Below the pieces are notes generated by a model that made no database searches, was not told the DNA's origin, and saw only the letters and a list, made by a program, of their open reading frames with translations. Below, piece after piece: positions 34,352-43,557 of a stretch of 43,557 nucleotides of DNA (position 1 is the first letter of the stretch; each line of letters opens with the position of its first letter). The translations under genes were made by a program, and so were the position numbers. Source of the DNA: Eledone cirrhosa. Its lineage: Eukaryota. The stretch lies in NCBI GenBank assembly GCA_964016885.1, contig CAXHJY010000571.1, positions 1 through 43,557 on the forward strand, read 5' to 3'.

Positions 34352-35165
34352 CTGGAAGTAGAGACAGGAACAACAATGGTGAAACAGACTGTGGTAGGAT
34401 ACATCATTGGAGAGAGAGAGAGTGGAGTGAGAGAAAGTAGCCAGATAAGGAAGACTCTTCAATAACTTTCAATAATATATATATATATTAGGGAAAATAG
34501 CCAAAGTGTGAGTAGAAAAACTTATTTAATTACACATTCTAACACGTGTTTCATCATTAAATTATGTCAAGTTTGATTTTACCAAAATATATACATAACC
34601 CTTGCAAGCAGGGAAAAGCGGATGTAAAATGATGATGATATAAGGAGATAAGGAAGTATAAACTCCCTTGTCTCCTTTTATATATATATATAAACTCACA
34701 CAACACACAAATATACACAAGGATGTGTGACAAGGCCAGCCCTTTGAATTACTGGTACAGTCAATCTGACAGGTTACTAAATTGTTTCACTCTGCTCAAT
34801 TTTGTTCACAGGCTTAGGTCAACCCGAGGCTACTGTAAATGACACTTGCCCAAGCTTCCATACACAGGGATTGAGCCTGGAAACCCCATGATTGCAAAGC
34901 AAACTTGTTACTCCTTCAACCATAAAGGATCAAACCACCACCACCACCACCACCATCACCATACATGTTGTTTGATCAATGGGACAACCTAGCCTCCTCA
35001 CAATATTAACATGCAAGTGTACACAGACTCGTGTACCTTTAAAGCAATTCTCAGGGAGATTCAGCATCACAATGTGTGACAACACCAGTCCTTTGAATTA
35101 CAGGTACAACTCATTTTTTCCCCCCTCAGCAGTGACGACTGAAGCAACATGAAAGAAAGTGTCTT

Positions 35166-35455
35166 GCTCAAGGACATAACATGCTTCAGGAAATCGAACA
35201 CACAATCTTACAATCATGAGCTGGAGCTGGACACCCCAACAAGCGATGCACACACACACACACACGCACTCACACACACACACACACCTTCACAGCCACC
35301 ATACAGACGCGCGCTCAAGGACATAACATGCTTCAGGGAATCGAACACACAATCTTACAATCATGAGCTGGAGCTGGACACCCCAACAAGCGATGCACAC
35401 ACACACACACGCACTCACACACACCTTCACAGCCACCATACATACAGACGCGCGC
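35166..35455. repeat. Two-copy tandem duplication of a SINE head plus (CA)n
   Basis: gctcaaggacataacatgcttcagg ... cagacgcgcgc occurs twice back to back, ending about 25 nt from the exon donor at 35481. Confidence 0.88.
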
Positions 35456-35481
35456 ACAGTGACATATATAGATATACTTAC

Positions 35482-35623
35482 AGCAGGATCCATTTGTGAA
35501 CATTGGAACAGTCTCAAAACGTATATTTTGTAAAAGCAGTATTACAGGTTTATAAACAATGCTGTTTTTCAATAAAAATTCATAGTATTCCACATAACGT
35601 CTCTGACTCGGGATCGTTACGCC
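35482..35623 (-). CDS. PTEN: PTEN exon, phosphatase/C2 junction
   Basis: 142 nt, TGTCTAG|GGC ... TGCT|GTAAGT. Encodes [47 protein letters not shown]; same length and phase as human exon 6. Confidence 0.97.
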
Positions 35624-35795
35624 CTAGACAGAAGGAGAAACATGTTAATGATGAGAGTTTCTTTACACTGTTGGTAGCAGAGGGAGAGAGCGGGGGCGGG
35701 GGAAACAATGTTGGACTAATTGCACATGCCTCTCACACATATACAGCTGTGTCTATGCATGTATAGGTATTTTTCTATTATGTGTGTATGTATGC

Positions 35796-35826
<31 letters not shown>

Positions 35827-35904
35827 GGAAACAGAAATAACAAAGCAAACAGCACAGTACAATGAAGAAATATATTAGTTTAACGCTTGAAATAATAGGA
35901 AGAG

Positions 35905-35940
35905 TCTTAATGTTTCGGACAATAGTCCTTCATCAGAAGA
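35905..35940 (-). ncRNA. Minimal, probably decayed hammerhead-like motif in PTEN intron (sense strand)
   Basis: Minus strand TCTT-CTGATGA-A-GGAC TATT GTCC-GAAAC-ATT-AAGA; stems I and II pair, stem III looks CpG-mutated. Confidence 0.5.
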
Positions 35941-36050
35941 TAGCATGAGAAATAAAAGATGAAACAGAAAGATAGAGGACAGTGAGATGAGAAAGGTCAA
36001 CAAGGAAAAATAACATGTAAACAATACAATGAGAGTATATTTTAGTTTAA

Positions 36051-36228
36051 CCCTTTAGCATTTAAACTGGCCAGAATTGTCTCACTTTTTTCAGTTCAAA
36101 TCAGCCGTAATCGGTTGCTCATACTTATGTTAAAGTATAATTCTCAAAATAAATAACATTTTGATGTTATTTATTTTGTGAATTATACTTTAACATACTC
36201 TATATAGAGTAATTTGAATGCTAAAGGG
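36051..36228. mobile_element. piggyBac-type MITE, opposite orientation and internally deleted
   Basis: TTAA at 36047-50 and 36229-32; TIR CCCTTTAGCATT / AATGCTAAAGGG. Confidence 0.88.
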
Positions 36229-36343
36229 TTAATGCTTGATATAGTAATAGGAAAAGGAGGCCTAAGAAAACTCTGAAGTTGCATGCAGGAGAGTAGATTG
36301 CACTGTATGCAATGCACATGTGCGAATTACGGAGGTTAGACTA

Positions 36344-36478
<135 letters not shown>

Positions 36479-36799
36479 TCACAGAAACAAAATCAATACA
36501 ATCATTAATGTTTCACTTACCATATGTGGATAATGTCTGAGGTAGGGATCTTGGGGAATGTCTTAGCCCTAATATAGACATCTAGTTCAGGATTGGCTCA
36601 GTTTTTACAGATGTAATTGTTACGAGTTTGGAATCCGATGGTCTTGTCCACTAGATGCTTTGTTTATTGTTTGGTTTTGTTTTGCAAATGCATTGTTTAC
36701 ACATCGGGATTTCAATGATTGCTTGGGTTTGTTCTATACATGTATTTAGTGTAAGTGTATGTATATTTAGGGTAGTTATCTATGGTGAATATACTGGTT

Positions 36800-37062
36800 G
36801 GAGTAATGGTATGGACATGTGATGCGCATGGAGGATGACCGCTGGGTAAAGAAGTGCCAAGAAATCCCAGTAGAAGGAAGACACAGTAGAGGAACACCAT
36901 AAAAAACATGGCGGAGGTGGTGAGAGCAGACCTCAGATCGCTGAAGCTCACAGAGATGACGAAGGACTGTGACAAGTGGAGAGATGCTGTACTGAATAGG
37001 ACCCCTCCTACCCTTGCAAGCAGGGAAAAAAAAAGCGGACGTATTGATGATGATGATGATGA
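36800..37062 (+). mobile_element. RTE-clade LINE 3' end, decayed
   Basis: Translates WYGHVMRMEDDRWVKKCQEIPVEGRHSRGTP*KTWAEVVRADLRSL...DKWRDAV, then a short 3' UTR and (GAT)n tail. Confidence 0.85.
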
Positions 37063-37724
37063 TATATATATATATATACATATATATATATCATCATCCA
37101 TTTTCCACGGTAGCATGGGTTAGACAGGTTGTCCCATTAGAGGCAAGTTGAGTCAGGTGACCATGTCTTGCTCATATAAGACTGTTTCCAGCTAGATTTC
37201 TACAGCTGGATGCCCTTCCTAACACCAGCCATATTTACAGTGTGTGCTGGGTGCATTTTATCGTGACAATTACACGACCACTTTACAGTGTGTGCTGGGT
37301 GCTTTTTATCGTGACTCCTACACAACCATTTTGTACTCTGCCTGTGTGTTTCAATTTATGTTGAAAATAATGAAGAATTTAGAAAATTTGAGTAATAAAG
37401 AAGTTGAAAATAATGAAGGATTTGGAAAAAAATTGAATAATATAGCTTCATTTTTTAAAAAATGATCTATCTATTTATCTATGCTGACTGCCAGGTCAGT
37501 TATTGTTAGGTCACTCTTGCATGCTACTGGTAACATGTAACCCAGTACAACCTGTTGCATGGTCAGGCGATCATTGGTGATTAAACTGACAACCCCAACC
37601 ATGCCTACTTGAACAGCTTCAGTCAGAGGACCATGTCTTGCTCATACAGAACGATTTCCGGGTTGGTTTCTATGGCTGGATGCCCTTCCTAACATCAACC
37701 ACATTTACAATATGGACTGGGTGC

Positions 37725-38148
<424 letters not shown>

Positions 38149-38149
38149 T

Positions 38150-38765
38150 TATATGCAAACATTTCACAATTATCTGCAAACATTTCACAATTAGATATAA
38201 ACTTTTTACAATTATCTTCAAACATTTCCTAATTATCTGCAAACATTTTCACAATTATCTGTAAGCATTTCACAATTATCTGCAAACATTTCATAGTTAT
38301 CTGTAAACATTTTCATGATTACCAATAGATGTCATAGTTATCTGCAAACATTTCACAATTTGATATAAACATCCTATAATTATCTCTAAGCATTTCACAA
38401 TTATCTTCAAACATTTCAGAGTTATCTGTAAATATTTCCATGATTACCAATAAATATGTTATAGTTATCTGCAAACATTTCATAATTATCTTCAAACATT
38501 TCATAGTTATCTGTAAGCATTTTCATGGTTATCAATAAACATGTCATAGTTATCTGCAAACATTTAATAATTCAATGCGAACATTGCATAATTATCTTCA
38601 AACATTTCATAGTTATCTGTAAGCATTTGCATGGTTATCAATAAACATGTCATAGTTATCTGCAAACATTTCATAATTCAATGCGAACATTGCATAATTA
38701 TCAGCAAACATTTAATAATTATTTGTAAACATTTCATAATTGGCTGTAAACATCTTGTATCTTTA
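38150..38765. repeat. 21/22-bp degenerate minisatellite
   Basis: Unit about aaacatttcacaattatctgc, repeated some 25-28 times just upstream of the exon acceptor. Confidence 0.92.
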
Positions 38766-39469
38766 TCTGTCAACATGCCAATTGTTAATTAGAGAATAAT
38801 TTACATATTATAGCTAATATTATCAGCCAGCATCTCATTTCTTCATTAGCAGTACACATTTAATTTCTTGTTTAGAATCTTTCTACCCAACACTTTTGGC
38901 AGTTGTTAGTTTTAATATATGGTGTTGACATTCTAAATATCAGCTTAATAATGAAAAAGTTAGGTAAATTTATAGAACACCTCCCCCACCAAGGTGGGTG
39001 GAGGGGATTTTTTCTCTTGCTATCAACTAATCCAACCGCCAAGATGCCCGTAATCGACTTTTTACCCTATATCTAACCCTAATCCAGGATAAAAGTCAAT
39101 TGCAAGCATTTAAGTGGCCCAGAAAAAAGAAAAAAAAAATCCAGAAAATTAATTATTTCCCACCAAAGAGGAGTATTGATCTGTGAAACTCCGATGTTCC
39201 TGTCGCTCCTTTTCACCTTCCTTTTTCTACAAACCTAGCCATTTCCGACTGGTTTGGAGATCGTATTCGTTGGTAAAACATGAAAAACAAAATCATGGAG
39301 AAAAAAAAAAACTGAGAGGAGGAGCACACCCACCCCACTAGTTTCGGGGATGAGGAGGGGGAGTCAATTGCGAACATCTTGAAGGTTAAATTAATTGATA
39401 GCAGATGAGGCGTATGATGGAAAAAAACTTTTCCCCCCATTTAAATCAAGGGGGTGGGGTGTTCTATAA

Positions 39470-39895
39470 TAATTGTTTCTACTTTTGGCACAAGGCCAGC
39501 AATTACCCCAGTGCATTACTGGTACTTTATTTTATCGGCCCCGTAAGGATGAAAAGCAAAGTTAACCTCGGCGGGATATGAACTCAGAATGGCAAGGGTT
39601 ATAACTCTATGCGTCAAAGCATGGTGTCCAACCCTCTACTGATACTGCCAATCCACCGCCATGGGGTGTTCTATAATAATGGTTTCTGATTTAGGCATAA
39701 GGCCTCAATTTTGGGGGATAGGAAAATCGATTAAATTGACCTCAGTGCATAACTGGTACCTTATTTCATCGCCTCCGTAAGTATGAAAGGCAAAACCAAT
39801 CTCGGCGGGATTTGAACTCAGACCGCAAAGGTCCATGACCCTATGCCACGAAGCAGGATGTTTGATGCTCTACCGAGACTGCCAATCCACTGCAA
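39470..39895 (-). mobile_element. Two tandem family A SINEs with target-site duplication
   Basis: TGGGGTGTTCTATAATAAT at 39455-39473 and 39662-39680; related tgttctatactaat near 39896. Confidence 0.9.
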
Positions 39896-40117
39896 TGTTC
39901 TATACTAATATTAAAAGTTATGTTACTAAATCTCTTTCATGTCTGGATTATTTTAAAAAAGATGTTTTGAAAACTGCAGGCAGTGTCTTTCATTAGGAAA
40001 TACTGTAACAGATAGGGTTAAATAATCAAGGAGGCATCGCTTTGGTACTTGCTTCACTGTGATGTAGGGAGGTGTTTTAGGGGGCTTCAGATTCAGTTAC
40101 TAGGTTTAGAATTACTA

Positions 40118-40415
40118 CACACACACACACACACACACACACGTATAAACCAGAAATAATATAATATAATATACAAACATAAACACACGCACAAACACAC
40201 ACACACACACACACACACGTATAAACCAGAAATAATATAATATAATATACAAACATAAACACACGCAAACACACACACACACACGTATAAACCAGAAATA
40301 ATATAATATAATATACAAACATAAACACACGCACAAACACACACACACACACACACACACACGTATAAACCAGAAATAATATATAATATACAAACATAAA
40401 CACACGCACAAACAA
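40118..40415. repeat. Compound tandem repeat of about 65-80 bp with variable (CA)n
   Basis: Four copies of acgtataaaccagaaataatataata...tacaaacataaacacacgca. Confidence 0.9.
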
Positions 40416-40593
40416 GCACATAGATATGAATAAATATACATACATGAAGATGATGATGATGATGACAAACACACACACATATATATATACATATACACAC
40501 ATGTGTAAAGAAAATAATGTACCAAAATACATATAACACACATGTATAGACCAGAAATATAATTGTGTGTGTGTGTGTGTCTGTGTCTGTGTC

Positions 40594-40625
<32 letters not shown>

Positions 40626-40631
40626 TGTATA

Positions 40632-40730
40632 CAGGGTGTCCCAAAAAATGTATACACATATTGATTACCTGTTCAGGCAATATTTATTAGAATGTTGTTG
40701 AAATGTGTGTACATTTTTGGGGACACCCTG
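40632..40730. mobile_element. 99-bp Tc1/mariner-type MITE
   Basis: TA|CAGGGTGTCCCAAAAAATGTATACACAT ... ATGTGTGTACATTTTTGGGGACACCCTG|TA. Confidence 0.9.
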
Positions 40731-41086
40731 TATATGTATATGTATATATATATGCGTGTAGGAGGTGAGTTTTATTGTAGTACAATAAAGCAATGCAGAT
40801 ATCGGATAAGTAGCACTCTACAGTTTGTAGGACTGGAGTATAAATAATATATAAGATCAAATTTTTTTTATATATAAGATCATTTTTTTCCCCAATATCA
40901 CACATCAATCTAAAACTACTTTTCATATGTTGATTTAAAACTGCACTATTCACAAGTGTTTTTTAACCTTCATATCATGTCTCCCTATTTTATATGACGA
41001 AAACGCAAATGTCATCGCATGATGATATTTGTTTTTGAAATGCGCATAATAATATACATGGAACTCTTTTAACCATCTTTTGATCT

Positions 41087-41127
<41 letters not shown>

Positions 41128-41313
41128 TATATATATAGTGATGAAGTGAATCCTCAGCTTAGTTTTCTACACACACACATATATTTACTCTTTTACCTGT
41201 TCCAGCCATCCGGCTGAGGCCATGCTGGGGCACCTTGCTATATTTACACACACATTTTGTAGATGATTGAGAAAAATAGAATACAGAAACATATATATGT
41301 ACATGCGTGTATA

Positions 41314-41356
<43 letters not shown>

Positions 41357-41432
41357 CAAAGGAAATGTGGTAAGGAACCAGGTGGACCATAACGCACCAA
41401 AGTACTCAATACTTAGGGTAGTAGAGTGGGTA

Positions 41433-41545
41433 ATAGGAATGAGTAGAACCCCGACAGCTGAGCTCAAGCCATTTCAACGGCTAATTTAGTCCAGAATTAG
41501 CCGTCGAAACGGCTTGAGCTCAGCCATCGGGGTCCTACTCGTTCC

Positions 41546-41548
<3 letters not shown>
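41433..41548. repeat. Imperfect palindrome, arms about 54 bp, 8-nt loop
   Basis: ataggaatgagtagaaccccgacagctgagctcaagccatttcaacggctaatt-tagtccag-aattagccgtcgaaacggcttgagctcagccatcggggtcctactcgttcctat. Confidence 0.9.
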
Positions 41549-41585
<37 letters not shown>

Positions 41586-41744
41586 TATGTATGCATATAT
41601 ATACATACACATATATATATATATGCATATATACATACAACCCACATACACATATATACACAAACATGATGGTGTTTGTGTGTGTGTACACATAAACACA
41701 TATGCAAACAGACCTTCAACCAATTAAGTAACCCTGAACCGTTG

Positions 41745-42712
41745 TCATTGAACGTTGATGAAGACATTAAGTACTTAGGTGGTTGGCTAAACAATCGTGA
41801 AGCAGATATCAAGGTGAGGAGGGTGCAAGCATGGGCAGCCTGTCACAAACTAAACAAAATCTGGCTCTACAAATTGCCTAGAAGGGTCAAAAATCAAGTT
41901 GTTCCTTGCAACTGTTGAATCCATACTTTTGTATGGCAGTGAAAACATGGACACTGACCTAGAAGTTTACAAGTGGGGTAAACAACTGCTACCTAAGGAT
42001 GCTTTGAATCGCCCTTAATGTGAAACAGCCTCATCATCATCATCATAATCATCACCGTTTTACGTCCGTTCTTCCATGCTAGCATGGGTTAGACGGGTTG
42101 TCCTGTTGTGGGCAGTGTCCGGTCGGCTGACCTTGTCTTGCTCATACAGGAACTGATTCTGGCTTGATTTCTACAGCTGGATTCCCTTCCTAACACTAAC
42201 CTCATTTACAGTGAGTGCTGGGTGCTTTTTTTCCATGGGGCCTACACGTCCACTTTACAGTGTGGGCTGGGTGCTTTTTTGCCATGGCACCTCCATGACC
42301 ACCTTGCAGTGGGAGGGTGTGGGGGGCATATTGTCTATATGCTTCAGCTTGTACCCATGGGAGGTTGGGTACTCTGTATTACTGCGTGACGCCAGAGGTC
42401 ACGGTCGTGTGTCATCGCCTTTGAGAGGTGCAACTGGGTAAGGTCGGCCGCTATCACCTCATCCCAGGTCTTCTTGGGTCTCCCCACTCCGTGGCTTCCA
42501 TTGACTTCTAGTGCTCTGCGCTCAGTATATGATAATAAATGCCTTTATGGAGATCTGCCAAAAGTCAATGAAAAGATCAGGCAAAGATGGTTTCACATCC
42601 TGAACTGGAAGCATCAAAGTTAGTTCTTTGGAACCCATTTCATGGAGTCGTAAAGAGAGGGAGACGCTAACACATCTACATCGACAACCTGATCAAAGAC
42701 ACTGGCCTGGCC
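41745..42712 (+). mobile_element. Decayed RTE-like LINE reverse-transcriptase C-terminal region, split by a nested insertion
   Basis: DIKYLGGWL...DIKVRRVQAWAACHKLNKIW; FLATVESILLYGSE/TWTL; CYLRML*IALNV; resumes near 42533 with NKCLYGDLPKVNEKIRQR, HPELEASKLVLWNPFHGVVKRGR, YIDNLIKDTGL; stops and frameshifts present. Confidence 0.85.
42030..42520 (-). mobile_element. Nested RTE-tailed SINE/LINE fragment
   Basis: (CAT)n tail plus ttccatgctagcatgggttagacggg ... gatttctacagctgga..cccttcctaaca, also seen at 37085-37330; 42450-42490 minus reads GRPKKTWDEVI. Confidence 0.7.
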
Positions 42713-43177
42713 TGGACTGCACCCAACACCTCGAGGTGGTGATGTTGGACCAAGTCATGTGACGGAGTGACATTGTCGCTGCGGCCCTGTATGAAACCAG
42801 CTAAGAAGCAGAGGATACAAAACTGGTGTTGGTGTGTATACATACATACATACATACATACATACATACATACATGATGGCTGCACCCCACAATAAAAAT
42901 AAATAAATAAATAAATAAAAAATAAACAAAATTAATAAATAAATAAAAAATAAAATAAAAATAAAAATATATATATATACATATATATACATACACATAC
43001 ATATACATACATACTCACACACATATATACACACACACATATACATTAATAACATTAATAATAATAACAACAATAATAATAACGACAACAACAATAATAA
43101 TATTCATATACATATATATATACACATACACGCACACAGATAAACATATCTATACACACACACACACACGATAGCAA

Positions 43178-43557
43178 CTAACAGCGCTGCGATCGAATGT
43201 GGCTTTTTAGCCCAGCCAATGATCTAAAATGTCTTGCACAGAGTCAGCAACCAAAACATTCACTGGGAATAGTCGGCTGTGGTTGGAGTTCGTGTACTTT
43301 TGCATGTCGCTTGAGCCCTCCTGCTGATTTACATTCTCTACCACATGCTTGGCAAGCATGATGAGTATCATCTCCAACAGCAGCCTGGTAGTCAACCACT
43401 GGTCTTACTTTATGACTGTGAAGATGACTTTCGAGTCCAGCTTTGCTTAGGCAGAGTCTCGCACAGACGCTGCATGTCAGCACCATAGGAGGACCCTCGC
43501 CGTCTGGAAGTGCAGCAGCAATGCCCTTCCTCACATCCCGCTTTACTTTTTCGTATG
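43178..43557 (-). pseudogene. Three C2H2 zinc-finger remnant, likely the C-terminus of a LINE ORF; truncated by the window edge
   Basis: YEKVKRDVRKG...CSVCARLCLSKAGLESHLHSH...CQACGRECKSAGGLKRHAKVH...C*LCARHFRSLAGLKSHIRSQ; in-frame TGA in finger 3 and no TGEKP linkers. Confidence 0.7.

Noticed and set aside
34490-34590. Further hammerhead at GAAACACGTGTT (minus strand)
   Set aside because: Only the 3' half resembles the core; no CTGANGA box upstream.
43244-43246. TGA in zinc finger 3 as an editing or selenocysteine read-through site
   Set aside because: More simply explained as CGA>TGA decay; the same finger has also lost its last His.

Overview
Repeat-dense eukaryotic genomic DNA; the TA-microsatellite load and SINE types suggest an octopus-like cephalopod (inference only). 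The one host gene is PTEN on the minus strand. Six coding exons with GT-AG boundaries (38104-37930, 36472-36365, 35623-35482, 34351-34185, 24353-24162, 23490-23101) splice in frame to about 390 aa. They cover the phosphatase P-loop HCKAGK|GR, the C2 domain and a C-tail ending TTQV*. The first exons were not found and probably lie beyond the right edge. The rest is (TA)n-type microsatellite, an 8.5-kb 26/28-bp intronic satellite, minisatellites, tRNA-derived SINEs, mariner- and piggyBac-type MITEs and decayed RTE-like LINE pieces. The long ORFs in the track are artefacts of stop-free repeats. Most notable: (1) three unrelated fold-back cassettes in TA tracts with a shared leader layout, two carrying a hammerhead-ribozyme core on each arm (Penelope-like); (2) two PTEN exons whose 5' splice site is tandemly amplified into the intron; (3) a genomic Ser (AGT) at the position of human Gly251 that one A-to-I edit would restore.
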